This document shows positions 10,035-19,103 of a stretch of DNA of 64,000 nucleotides, piece after piece; within the stretch, counting starts at the first letter, position 1; every line of letters begins with the position of its first letter. The position numbers and the translations under genes are program-made. The DNA comes from a bacterium. Its GTDB lineage: Bacteria; Patescibacteriota; Minisyncoccia; Phycocordibacterales; UBA5272. Below the pieces are notes generated by a model. It was given only the letters and a program-made list of their open reading frames with translations, was not told the DNA's origin and did not search any database. The stretch is taken from positions 28,773-92,772 of the forward strand of contig JAYVHM010000001.1 in NCBI GenBank assembly GCA_043771335.1, given 5' to 3'.

Positions 10035-10106
10035 GGTCCCATCGTCTAATGGTTAGGACAACAGGTTTTCAATCTGTTAACGGGAGTTCGACTCTCCCTG
10101 GGATCA
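10035..10106 (+). tRNA. tRNA-Glu (anticodon UUC)
   Basis: A manual cloverleaf was drawn. It has a 7-bp acceptor stem GGTCCCA/TGGGATC, a D arm GTCT..GGAC, an anticodon stem ACAGG/TCTGT with loop TTTTCAA giving anticodon TTC, and a T arm GGGAG-TTCGACT-CTCCC. No CCA is encoded. Confidence 0.8.
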
Positions 10107-10147
10107 CAAAAATGAAAAAAATGTTAACAAGATAAGAGATAAAAAAA

Positions 10148-10429
10148 ATGTCAGAGATAATTGGTGATGATTTTGAACAGATAAAGTTTTTATACCAAGA
10201 AGCTTTGGATTTATACAAGAATAAAAAAATAACTCACGAGCATAATGGAAAATTAGTGGATCAGTATATACTAATGTTCAGATACAGGGACAAGACACAA
10301 AATGAATCCAAGGGTAATAAATTACAGCATTTACATATACACGTCTCTCCGGATGTTGAGGGGGCTTTTAACTTGATACTGGACAAGGACGCGAGTAAAA
10401 TAGACGTGGATGATTTTTTGAGGGGTTAA
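10148..10429 (+). CDS. Small HIT-like (histidine-triad) protein, tentative
   Basis: The 93-aa protein contains 'HLHIHV', which fits the H-phi-H-phi-H-phi HIT signature. It is shorter than canonical HIT proteins. Confidence 0.35.
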   Translation: MSEIIGDDFEQIKFLYQEALDLYKNKKITHEHNGKLVDQYILMFRYRDKTQNESKGNKLQHLHIHVSPDVEGAFNLILDKDASKIDVDDFLRG

Positions 10430-10511
10430 TTTTTAACATTTACTTAACTAATAAAATATGTTACTATGCATTTGTAAATAGTTCTTTTTAATTTTTTGAA
10501 AGGTAATCAAA

Positions 10512-10970
10512 ATGGGTAATGGAAGAAAAATCGGAATGTTTTCCTATAACAGCTTTCTTTCTGATGAGGTACCTGGCTGGAAAAAAGGTAATAATCATGA
10601 AATCTTTCTAGTGCAAAATCCAGATGGGAAAGCTTTTGCTACCACGCAAATTGGCATATCAACTTCTGAAATGAAAGAGGAGACCGCGGGAGTTGTCTTA
10701 ACTGGCTGGCAAATATTAAGTACTGAGTTAGAAAAGCTCGACAAGTTAATCATATATGTCGGTAGTTACGGTGCTGGAAAAGCCATACAAATGGCGAGGA
10801 AAAATAAAATCCCAGATACAAAATTAACTTTTGTAATGTGTGATTGCGACATCAGAGGCAAGAATCAAAAACTTTCTGATTGTAATTATGAAAACGCAGA
10901 AGTTATTATGTGTGAGTGTGGAGGTAATGTTACCATGAAAAAATTATTCACTCAATACATGAAAGCTTAA
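10512..10970 (+). CDS. Hypothetical Cys-rich protein (152 aa)
   Basis: The ORF has a glycine-rich 'YVGSYGAGKA' segment and a C-terminal cysteine cluster 'CDCD...CNYEN...CECGG'. Confidence 0.4.
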   Translation: MGNGRKIGMFSYNSFLSDEVPGWKKGNNHEIFLVQNPDGKAFATTQIGISTSEMKEETAGVVLTGWQILSTELEKLDKLIIYVGSYGAGKAIQMARKNKIPDTKLTFVMCDCDIRGKNQKLSDCNYENAEVIMCECGGNVTMKKLFTQYMKA

Positions 10971-11044
10971 ATAAATAAGCAACAACACTAAGATTGATCT
11001 TGGTGTTTTTTATTACAAAAAAATAATCACTTTATGTTATAATA

Positions 11045-11053
11045 TAAAATAAG
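11045..11053 (+). promoter_or_regulatory. Extended -10 promoter TGTTATAAT upstream of pth
   Basis: Exact motif match. Confidence 0.45.
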
Positions 11054-11079
11054 AAATAATTTTTATTAAAAATCTTTAC

Positions 11080-11643
11080 ATGAAAAAGCTTTACATATTC
11101 TCATTAGGTAATCCATCTGACATAGAAAAAAATAAATACAAATACACTCGCCATAATGCTGCGCGCTTGCTGTGTAATGCTTTTGATTTTGAAAAATATA
11201 ATGAAGAGAATCAGAACAAGAAAGATGAAGCTGCGAGCGCAGCGAGCAGTGATGAGAAAATAATACTTGAATATGTGACACCTGACTGCTATATGAATCT
11301 TAGCGGAAAGTTTATTTTAAACTTTATAAATTATAAAAACATAAATCTAAATCAAGTGGTAATAGCATATGACGACATAGACATAAACTTTGGAGATATA
11401 AAGTTATCCTTTGGCCGTAACAGTGGTGGCCATAACGGAGTAGAGAGCGTAATACAAAATCTAAAAACAAAAGATTTTTACAGGATAAGAGTAGGAATAG
11501 GCGAGAAACCAATAAGAGAAATGTTACTTCAAGATTATGTATTATCAAAATTATCAGAAGAAGAGGTGAAGGATTTGGAAGGTGAAGCAATGAAAAATAA
11601 ATTAGAAGTTAAGTTAAAAGAATTGTTAGATTTGGTAAAGTAA
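11080..11643 (+). CDS. pth: Peptidyl-tRNA hydrolase
   Basis: The protein is 187 aa and carries 'YDDIDINFGDIKLSFGRNSGGHNGVESV', which is the Pth signature. Confidence 0.85.
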   Translation: MKKLYIFSLGNPSDIEKNKYKYTRHNAARLLCNAFDFEKYNEENQNKKDEAASAASSDEKIILEYVTPDCYMNLSGKFILNFINYKNINLNQVVIAYDDIDINFGDIKLSFGRNSGGHNGVESVIQNLKTKDFYRIRVGIGEKPIREMLLQDYVLSKLSEEEVKDLEGEAMKNKLEVKLKELLDLVK

Positions 11644-11658
11644 TAAATATTAAGACGA

Positions 11659-11699
11659 AAACTAAATGGCGACACCGAAGGTGTCGCCATTTAGTTTTC
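11659..11699. terminator. Bidirectional intrinsic terminator (pth / rpsA convergent)
   Basis: An 18-bp stem AAACTAAATGGCGACACC-GAAG-GGTGTCGCCATTTAGTTTT. Confidence 0.65.
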
Positions 11700-11714
11700 A
11701 TTTTCTTTTAAAGA

Positions 11715-12776
11715 TTACGCTTTAAAAGTTAAAGTCATCTTTTGATCATTTGGTTCAAATAAACTTATTTCAAATTTATACATTTTACCAAGTGACATTT
11801 TCTCACGCATCTTAGCCTCATCTCCAAAGTCTGACATATGCATTAAGCCTGCCACACCTTCTTCGATAGAAACTAATGCTCCGTGCTTGTTGAACTTGAT
11901 AACAAGTCCAGAAACTACATCACCTTTATTGTATTTGGTTGCAGCTTCTTTCCAAGGGTTCTCACGAGTGGCTTTTACAGATAGGGAGATTTTACCTGCT
12001 TTGATTTCTATAATCTTAGCACGTAATTTATCTCCTACTTTTGCATGGTTTTTAGTATCTTCTACTAAGCCCCAATCTATTTCTGATTTGTGTATTAATC
12101 CCTCTGTCTCATCTTCTAATTTTACAAAGATACCAAAGTCTACAACACCAGTAACAGTACAAGCAACTTCATCACCAAGCTTGTATTTATTTTCAATCTC
12201 AGCTTTTAACTCTTTTGCATCTACTTTGTCACCACCTAATCCTTTTTGACTAAAGATTAATTTACCTTCCTTTGGTTCAATAGAGATTATATTCATAGGA
12301 ATACGCTTACCGATAAGTTTTTTAAGCTCAACAGTAATCTTCTCTTTGTCTCCGTCTTCAACTCTTGGATAATTTTCTTCGTTCAGTTGTGAAGAAGGTA
12401 AGAATCCTAAGATACCATTCCAATCAATAATAAGACCACCTTTGTTAGCTTCTTTTACAATCAATTCAAGAGTTCTTCTTTCTTTTATTGCAGCTTCTGC
12501 TTCAGCCCAGATAATTGCTTGTCTAGCTTCCTTTAGAGATAGCTCGATATAGCCCTCGTCATTACCAGTGTGTATTACCTTCGCACTAATAGTGTCACCG
12601 ATATTTACACGCTTGATTATCTCACGGGCATTAATGTATTCTGATCCGAATATGATACCAGTACCATAGTTAGGGATTTCAACATACACAGCAGAGCGTT
12701 CTATAGCTACTACTACACCTTCGACAGTGTCATCATTTTTTATAACATTTAAATTTTCTAATTCTGTATTTTCCAT
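11715..12776 (-). CDS. rpsA: 30S ribosomal protein S1 (four-repeat short form)
   Basis: The 353-aa protein is built from repeated S1 OB-fold units with recurring 'G.V..I...GaFV' patterns. Confidence 0.85.
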   Translation of the reverse strand: MENTELENLNVIKNDDTVEGVVVAIERSAVYVEIPNYGTGIIFGSEYINAREIIKRVNIGDTISAKVIHTGNDEGYIELSLKEARQAIIWAEAEAAIKERRTLELIVKEANKGGLIIDWNGILGFLPSSQLNEENYPRVEDGDKEKITVELKKLIGKRIPMNIISIEPKEGKLIFSQKGLGGDKVDAKELKAEIENKYKLGDEVACTVTGVVDFGIFVKLEDETEGLIHKSEIDWGLVEDTKNHAKVGDKLRAKIIEIKAGKISLSVKATRENPWKEAATKYNKGDVVSGLVIKFNKHGALVSIEEGVAGLMHMSDFGDEAKMREKMSLGKMYKFEISLFEPNDQKMTLTFKA

Positions 12777-13064
12777 ACTTTTTATATTTACTCTTCTTTA
12801 CAGAGTCTCGCCCAAATAAAAATCTCACACGCAGTGAGAATATAAATCTGCGCTACTTATGTATCTTTTTTTAAAACTGGAGAAGTGTAATCTAAAAGTT
12901 TTTGCTAATAGATTTTGTTCTGGCCTTAAAAAGGTTATGACACAAAGCTTATTTTTAATTATTGACTATCCGAAACCATGTCTATATATTAACATAAAAT
13001 ACTTATTTTTGCAAATAAAAAAACCAGACAAAATGTCTGGGATTTGGGGTTCTGTTATTTTCTA

Positions 13065-13307
13065 CTAAGTATTCACTAGTTTTTTTGTAACGCTTTCATG
13101 AGCACCTAACCATATTACCTTTCTAAATATGGTTGAACTACGTCCTACCTCTTTTTCTACACGAGCCGCTTCTTTACACATATCAATTGCTGGTTGTTGT
13201 GCTTCTGGTGGTAAGTCAGAAACTATTTTAGCTTGACCTGGAGTTACCCCCATGATTGCACCCAAAAGGATAGAAGAGTTTTCATTTGGATTAAGTTGAT
13301 TTTTCAC
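13065..13307 (-). CDS. Small protein resembling alpha/beta-type small acid-soluble spore proteins (SASP-like DNA-binding protein)
   Basis: The 80-aa ORF uses a GTG start with an AGGAG 8 nt upstream. 'PAIDMCKEAARVEKEVG' aligns with SASP 'QAIDQMKYEIASEFGV', and 'HESVTKKLV' aligns with 'GGEITKRLV'. A hairpin terminator follows at 13024..13040. Confidence 0.4.
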   Translation of the reverse strand: MKNQLNPNENSSILLGAIMGVTPGQAKIVSDLPPEAQQPAIDMCKEAARVEKEVGRSSTIFRKVIWLGAHESVTKKLVNT

Positions 13308-13442
13308 TTTTAAGACTCCTAAAAGTTAATGATATATTACACCCGTAATATATTCAAATACAATACTACAACATATACTTAATTTTTGCAAGTTAAAAAT
13401 ATTCTCTAAATATATGAAAATATACAAAATAAAAATAATATA

Positions 13443-13451
13443 TGTTATAAT
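13443..13451 (+). promoter_or_regulatory. Extended -10 promoter TGTTATAAT
   Basis: Exact motif upstream of the 13506 gene. Confidence 0.45.
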
Positions 13452-13505
13452 ATATACAGATAAAACTAAGTCTTAAAAAACTAGAAAAATAATCAAAAGA
13501 ACATT

Positions 13506-14129
13506 ATGATAATAACTTACCATGGAAAAGGGCATATAAAATTAGTAACAGGTGATGTGACCTTGTCGCTCGGTCCAGTGTCAAAACAATCAAAAAGACG
13601 TCAGACAAAATACGGGTCAGACGTTGCTATGTTACCGCTAATACATCCAGATTATGACGGAGTTGAGAATGCTACGATCGGATCAAAAGTACCATTTGTG
13701 ATTAAGGGCGCAGGCGAGTATGAAGTATCTAATATTTTTATTAACTCTTTTTCTTCAAAGGTAACTCGTGAAAAAGCTGATTACATGGCTAATAGTTTTG
13801 TATTTAATTTTGACGGTATGCGTATCGCTTATATAGGACAAATAAAAGAATTGCTTCCGAGTGAACACAAAGAAATAATAGACGAAGTAGATGTCCTTTT
13901 TGTCCCACTTTCTGGTGATGAGCTTAATCTCAATCCATACGATGCTTATAAATTATCTGTAGGATTAGAACCAAAAATAATCATACCAATAGACCACGAT
14001 GAAAAAACATTACCAATATTCCTAAAGGAGGCGAGTAGTGAAGGTGTAAAATCAGTAGAAAAATTAACCATAAAGAAAAAAGACATACTAGATAAAAAAA
14101 GTGAAGTGATTATCTTAGAAGAGATTTAA
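13506..14129 (+). CDS. Hypothetical protein with weak resemblance to the UPF0173/MBL-fold hydrolase family but lacking the HxHxDH motif
   Basis: The N-terminus 'MIITYHGKGH' resembles the UPF0173 start 'MKVTYHGHS'. No metal-binding His cluster was seen. Confidence 0.35.
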   Translation: MIITYHGKGHIKLVTGDVTLSLGPVSKQSKRRQTKYGSDVAMLPLIHPDYDGVENATIGSKVPFVIKGAGEYEVSNIFINSFSSKVTREKADYMANSFVFNFDGMRIAYIGQIKELLPSEHKEIIDEVDVLFVPLSGDELNLNPYDAYKLSVGLEPKIIIPIDHDEKTLPIFLKEASSEGVKSVEKLTIKKKDILDKKSEVIILEEI

Positions 14130-14154
14130 AATAACTTATAAATATTATAAATAT

Positions 14155-14349
14155 ATGCGCTCTGTAAAAAACTATTTAAAACACGTTAGATCTCAAAGCG
14201 AGAATGTAAAGTTAATGCATGCGGTCATAGTCTCTAGTATACTTACTGGTATATTCGCGGGAGTGTACTTATACCTAGTTCGTGACATGAGACCTCCTAC
14301 TCCAGATATATTAATAAGTGAGCCGGTAATTTATCAAGCAGAAAATTAA
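14155..14349 (+). CDS. Small membrane protein (64 aa)
   Basis: It has a single hydrophobic helix and sits 5 nt upstream of trpS. Confidence 0.3.
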   Translation: MRSVKNYLKHVRSQSENVKLMHAVIVSSILTGIFAGVYLYLVRDMRPPTPDILISEPVIYQAEN

Positions 14350-14354
14350 AAAAT

Positions 14355-15377
14355 ATGGAAAATAATAATTTAAATACAAATAAAAAAGTTTTAGTTAGTG
14401 GAGTACAGAGTAGTGGCAAGTTACATATTGGTAATTACTTTGGAGCATTAAAACAAAACATAGACTTGGCCAACAGTGGAGAATACGAGAGTAATATATT
14501 TATAGCTGATTATCACAGCATGACAACTCAGACCAATGCAAAACAGAGAAGGGAGGATATTTTAGATATAGCCTGCGTGTACTTAGCTTGCGGATTAGAT
14601 GTTACAAAAACCAATCTATTCAAACAGTCAGATGTGCCAAGTCACACAGAATTATCTTGGATATTATCTACTGTAACACCCATGCCCATGCTTGAGCTCG
14701 CCCATGCTTACAAAGACAAACAAGGAAAGGAGGAAGATCGTCACCTCGTTAATGCAGGGCTTTTTACTTATCCAGTTCTGATGGCTGCGGATATATTAAT
14801 GTATAATGCAGAAGTTGTTCCAGTTGGAAAAGATCAAGAACAACACGTAGAGATAGCAAGAGAGATCGCTGGAAAATACAACAGGACTTATGGACAGACT
14901 TTTAAAATGCCACAAGCTTTTATAAAAAAAGAAGTAGCTATAGTACCAGGTGTTGATGGTAAAAAAATGAGTAAAAGTAAAAATAATTATATACCGATAT
15001 TTGCAACAGAAAATGAAATCACAAAAGCAGTTATGAGTATAGTCACAGATAGTGCGAGACCAGAAGAGAGAAAGGATTCTCAAAATAATAACATTTATAA
15101 CATACATAAATTATTTTTAAATAACGAAGAAGCAGAGAGTCTAAAAAAAAGATATGAAGAGTCTAGCGTAGAAAAACCATTTGGTTATGCTGAAGCAAAA
15201 AAAGAGTGTGCAAAAGCAGTTATAAATTATTTTTCTAATATGTCAGAAAAATATAATTATTATAAAAATAATAGAGCAGAAGTAGAGCAAATATTAGTCG
15301 CAGGTGCATCAAAAGCGAATCAAAAAGCAAAAGAAATGATGACAAAAATAAGACAAGATACAGGTTTAGATTTTTAA
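14355..15377 (+). CDS. trpS: Tryptophanyl-tRNA synthetase
   Basis: The HIGH-type motif 'KLHIGNYFG' and the KMSKS motif 'KKMSKSK' are present. The protein is 340 aa. Confidence 0.9.
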   Translation: MENNNLNTNKKVLVSGVQSSGKLHIGNYFGALKQNIDLANSGEYESNIFIADYHSMTTQTNAKQRREDILDIACVYLACGLDVTKTNLFKQSDVPSHTELSWILSTVTPMPMLELAHAYKDKQGKEEDRHLVNAGLFTYPVLMAADILMYNAEVVPVGKDQEQHVEIAREIAGKYNRTYGQTFKMPQAFIKKEVAIVPGVDGKKMSKSKNNYIPIFATENEITKAVMSIVTDSARPEERKDSQNNNIYNIHKLFLNNEEAESLKKRYEESSVEKPFGYAEAKKECAKAVINYFSNMSEKYNYYKNNRAEVEQILVAGASKANQKAKEMMTKIRQDTGLDF

Positions 15378-15388
15378 TAAATATCCGT

Positions 15389-15417
15389 TTGACTTTATTT
15401 GTGGTGTATAGTATAAT
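15389..15417 (+). promoter_or_regulatory. Sigma70-type promoter TTGACT-17 nt-TATAAT
   Basis: TTGACT at 15389..15394, a 17-nt spacer, and TATAAT at 15412..15417, lying upstream of the 15473 gene. Confidence 0.5.
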
Positions 15418-15472
15418 GATATTAATTTAAGTATCTAACTCTAAATTAATAATAATATAAAAAATAAAGATT

Positions 15473-16516
15473 ATGCAAAAAGTTCAATTAACGTTCAAAC
15501 CGAAAGCAGTTTCTAAGAAATTACTAAATGCTCTTAATCCTAGGACAAAAGAAGTTATAACCAAACGTTATGGCTTACTTGATAATGAGAGAAAAACTTT
15601 AGAGTCTATAGGAAAGGAATATGGTATCACAAGAGAGAGAGTTAGACAAATAGAAAACTTCGCATTGGGCACAATACGCAAGTCACAAGATTACAAAGAT
15701 CATCAAAACGTTTTTGAAGAATTAGCCGAAGTAGTAAAAAACATGGGCTCAGTAGTTCCAGAGGACATATTAATGGAAGTATTTTCTAATGATAAAGTAG
15801 TACATAATCACATGAACTTTTTTATGACTGTTTCGGATAAATTCAATAGGCACAAGGAAGATGATAACTTTAATCACAGATGGAGCATAGATGACAAGAT
15901 AGCAACACATGTGCATGACGCACTTACTAACTTACACACTACAGTAAGTAAGGACGAACTCTTAAAAGAAGAAGATATAATAGCTAGATTCTTAGCTAAC
16001 CTTATAGATCTTGGAGATGATTACAAAAATAATCGTGAAGTTATAGATAGATATCTAAAAATCTCAAAGATAATCTCTAAAAATCCACTCAATGAATGGG
16101 GTCATGTCTCTAGCCCATCTGTAAAAGCAAGAGGAATAAAAGACTTTGCATATTTGATATTACGCAAAAATGGAACCCCTATGCATTTTCGTGAAGTAGC
16201 TAATACTATAAACAAAACTTTTAATAAAAATGCTCATGTCGCTACTTGCCATAATGAATTAATAAAAGACAAGAGATTCGTATTAGTAGGGCGTGGTATG
16301 TACGGATTGCGTGAGTGGGGTCAAGTAGGGGGAACAGTTAAGGACCTTATCAACATCGTCATTAATGAAGCAGGTGAGAAAATGAAAAAAGATGACATTG
16401 TAAGAAAAGTATTAGAACTTCGTGACGTAAAAGAGAATACTGTTTTAGTTAATCTTAACAATCCAAAATTATTTAAGAAATTAGCAGATAATCACTACAA
16501 TGTGCTTTCAAAATAA
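15473..16516 (+). CDS. Putative transcription factor: N-terminal sigma-70 region-4-like HTH plus C-terminal HARE-HTH (RNAP delta N-domain-like) winged helix
   Basis: The N-terminal 'LESIGKEYGITRERVRQIENFAL' matches the sigma70 region 4 consensus. The C-terminal 'MHFREVANTINKTF...FVLVGRGMYGLREWG' matches the HARE-HTH 'G.Y/WGLR.W' signature. Confidence 0.5.
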   Translation: MQKVQLTFKPKAVSKKLLNALNPRTKEVITKRYGLLDNERKTLESIGKEYGITRERVRQIENFALGTIRKSQDYKDHQNVFEELAEVVKNMGSVVPEDILMEVFSNDKVVHNHMNFFMTVSDKFNRHKEDDNFNHRWSIDDKIATHVHDALTNLHTTVSKDELLKEEDIIARFLANLIDLGDDYKNNREVIDRYLKISKIISKNPLNEWGHVSSPSVKARGIKDFAYLILRKNGTPMHFREVANTINKTFNKNAHVATCHNELIKDKRFVLVGRGMYGLREWGQVGGTVKDLINIVINEAGEKMKKDDIVRKVLELRDVKENTVLVNLNNPKLFKKLADNHYNVLSK

Positions 16517-16544
16517 TCTAATAAATATTTTACATATACACAAT

Positions 16545-16577
16545 AAAAATACTCACATCGAAAATGTGAGTATTTTT
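16545..16577 (+). terminator. Intrinsic terminator
   Basis: AAAAATACTCACAT-CGAAA-ATGTGAGTATTTTT. Confidence 0.6.
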
Positions 16578-16578
16578 C

Positions 16579-16587
16579 TGCTATAAT
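16579..16587 (+). promoter_or_regulatory. Extended -10 TGCTATAAT only 6 nt before the ATG, indicating a leaderless mRNA
   Basis: An exact TGnTATAAT ends 6 nt upstream of the 16594 ATG, and no Shine-Dalgarno sequence is possible. Confidence 0.45.
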
Positions 16588-16593
16588 GTATGT

Positions 16594-18165
16594 ATGCAAA
16601 TCGCTTTAGATATTCTCTTATTAATAATTTATATATCTATACTTTTACTTTTGTGCACCTATGTCTGGAGATTCTGGCTAATGTATGTGCAACAAAGATT
16701 CTTATCTAAAATGGATTGGGTACTATTAGAAATAAAGCTACCAAGAGAAATAAACAAATCCCCAGAAGCTATGGAAATAGTAGCCAACGCCTTTTTACAA
16801 AGTGGTGGTGTCGCTCAGTGGTATAAAAGGAACTGGCTTGGTAACTTAGTTACTTATTTTTCCTTAGAGATAGCCTCTCTTGAGGGTGATGTTAGATTTT
16901 TTGTCCGCACAGAGAGAAAGTTCAAGGAGCTTGTCACCAATAATTTCTATTCTCAATATCCAGGCATAGAGATAACAGAGGCAGATGACTATGTTAAAAA
17001 AATATATTATGATCACAGACAGACAGATGTTTCTATATGGGGACTCTCTAATACTTTTGGGGATAGATTTAATTTACCTAAAATAAATAAAGAGAGAGTA
17101 GTATTAGAAGATAAAGATTTAGAACTACCTGCTGATTATAAAATGCTTAAAACTTATGTTGATTATGGTCTAGACAGAGACCCAAAAGAAGAGTTTAAGC
17201 ATGACGCATTAACTCCTATTTTAGAATGGTTAGGCTCGATGAGAAAAGGTGAACATGCTTGGTATCAAGTAATAGTTCAGGATGCTAGTAAATTCGACGG
17301 TAAGACTTTTCCAAAAACTTATGAAAATGTAAAAACCCATGAATCTTTTACATTAAAAGAATTAGCTGAGGAAAGAAAAAAACAAATCAGAACAAAAATA
17401 ATAGGTCCAACATACAAAAAAGGAGACAAGATTTTTGATGATTTTGGATATCCAAAAATGACAAAGCAGAAAATAGGTGTGGATTCGGAGGGAAAAGCTA
17501 TTTTTGAAGATGTGCAAATGGAGTGGCAAAAAGATCAAGAAATGTCAACAGAAAGTGTAAAAGAAAATGAAATCTTTGAGGAATACAAAGACGAGATAAA
17601 AATGATTAATAGGAAATTACAAAAACCACTACTGCGTGCGCTTATAAGGGTTGTATACATTGCAGATTCTAACTATCATAAGACCGGGGCTAATGTCCAA
17701 TCATTACTTAGTGTATTCAAACAATATACCGGCCCTGGCTTTAATTCTTTTAGGCCATCACCGACTGACCCTTATGATTACAGCTGGGAAAACAGTTACA
17801 AAAAGAGAGTGCCGTGGCGCAGTGAAGAGTGTTTTGAATCTTATGTAGAACGCGAAGCCTTTTATCCACATTTACCAAATAGAGGTAGTGCAAAATCTAC
17901 TTTAGGTAAAATGTTTTTAAATGGTGGCATAGACTGGTATTCTGATGTTCATCTTTTTAAAAAATCTATGGGCTTTAGAAAGATTTTTAGATTAATTTAT
18001 GAAGGTATATTCCATCCATTTTATCACATGACACCGAGCCTCATGACTATTAACCTTGAAGAATTAGCTTCTCTGTGGCACTTGCCTGGCACAGTAGCTA
18101 CAACCCCTGGAATTAAGAGAGTAGACAGTTTAAAAAGCGATGCTCCTAGCGACTTACCTAGGTAG
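16594..18165 (+). CDS. Hypothetical membrane-anchored protein (523 aa)
   Basis: An N-terminal TM helix is followed by a large soluble domain. No Walker motif or other motif was recognised. Confidence 0.5.
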   Translation: MQIALDILLLIIYISILLLLCTYVWRFWLMYVQQRFLSKMDWVLLEIKLPREINKSPEAMEIVANAFLQSGGVAQWYKRNWLGNLVTYFSLEIASLEGDVRFFVRTERKFKELVTNNFYSQYPGIEITEADDYVKKIYYDHRQTDVSIWGLSNTFGDRFNLPKINKERVVLEDKDLELPADYKMLKTYVDYGLDRDPKEEFKHDALTPILEWLGSMRKGEHAWYQVIVQDASKFDGKTFPKTYENVKTHESFTLKELAEERKKQIRTKIIGPTYKKGDKIFDDFGYPKMTKQKIGVDSEGKAIFEDVQMEWQKDQEMSTESVKENEIFEEYKDEIKMINRKLQKPLLRALIRVVYIADSNYHKTGANVQSLLSVFKQYTGPGFNSFRPSPTDPYDYSWENSYKKRVPWRSEECFESYVEREAFYPHLPNRGSAKSTLGKMFLNGGIDWYSDVHLFKKSMGFRKIFRLIYEGIFHPFYHMTPSLMTINLEELASLWHLPGTVATTPGIKRVDSLKSDAPSDLPR

Positions 18166-18188
18166 TAATATTTATTCCCAATGAATCA

Positions 18189-18197
18189 TGCTATAAT
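18189..18197 (+). promoter_or_regulatory. Extended -10 TGCTATAAT
   Basis: The motif ends 3 nt before the first ATG at 18200. The true start may therefore be the in-frame ATG at 18224. Confidence 0.4.
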
Positions 18198-18199
18198 AT

Positions 18200-19084
18200 A
18201 TGAAATTACACAAAAGAAGTCCTATGTATAAATATAAAAAAACATTATTAGTTTTATTCATAACTGCAATTACTTATTTCTTTTACCTTATATTAGTTCC
18301 AGTTAACATAAACGATAACTACTATTTTGAAATAGAAAATGGAGACAATGTGAACACTGTTGCCAGTAAGCTAGAAAAAGAGAATATGATTAGGTCTACT
18401 ATTTTATTTAAAATTCTAATCACACAAAGTCTTGGTGATAAAAAATTAGCCTATGGAAAATATAATATAAAAAAATACAGACTAGGCAGTGAAAACATAA
18501 ATATGTTAGGAGTAATAGACATACTAGTTAACAAAAAAAATTACACTCCTGGCTACGCACTAGTAATTCCAGAAGGGTTTACATTAGAAGAGATAAGCAG
18601 TAGAGTGGCAAAAGTTTTCAATATATCTTATGATGAGTTCTATAAATATGCAAAAAATAAAAATGGCTACCTATATCCTGAGACATATTATTTCCCTCAA
18701 AACGTAACAAAGGAGGAAATAGTTACAAAGATGCTTGCTGAATTTGAAAAAGGTGTAGGTATAATATCGAAAGAAGACCTAATATTAGCTAGCTTAGTAG
18801 AAGGGGAAGGTAAAGATGCAGAAGACATGAAGATGATTGCTGGAATACTAATGAATAGGATAAAAATAGGAATGGCCCTGCAGGTAGACGTAGCGCCTAT
18901 CACTTACAAAAGCAGAGACCTTCCAAAAGAGCCAATAAATAATCCAGGACTGACAGCAATAGAAGCTGTTAGAAACCCTACAAAGTCAAAATATCTTTAT
19001 TACATAACTGGAAATGACGGTAATTTTTACTACACTGAAACATACCCAGAACATGTAAAGAATATTAAAAAATATTTAAAGTAA
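18200..19084 (+). CDS. mltG: Endolytic murein transglycosylase MltG (YceG-like)
   Basis: An N-terminal TM helix is present. The C-terminal 'LPKEPINNPGLTAIEAVRNPTKSKYLYYITGNDGNFYYTETYPEHVKNIKKY' matches the YceG/MltG signature. The real start is probably M9 at 18224. Confidence 0.7.
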   Translation: MKLHKRSPMYKYKKTLLVLFITAITYFFYLILVPVNINDNYYFEIENGDNVNTVASKLEKENMIRSTILFKILITQSLGDKKLAYGKYNIKKYRLGSENINMLGVIDILVNKKNYTPGYALVIPEGFTLEEISSRVAKVFNISYDEFYKYAKNKNGYLYPETYYFPQNVTKEEIVTKMLAEFEKGVGIISKEDLILASLVEGEGKDAEDMKMIAGILMNRIKIGMALQVDVAPITYKSRDLPKEPINNPGLTAIEAVRNPTKSKYLYYITGNDGNFYYTETYPEHVKNIKKYLK

Positions 19085-19103
19085 AAATTAAATAGACAAA
19101 ATA

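Noticed and set aside
12859-13068. ORF 12859..13068 (+) in the rpsA upstream region
   Set aside because: It has no RBS, is low-complexity, overlaps the SASP-like gene terminator, and the region is better explained as promoter or leader of rpsA.
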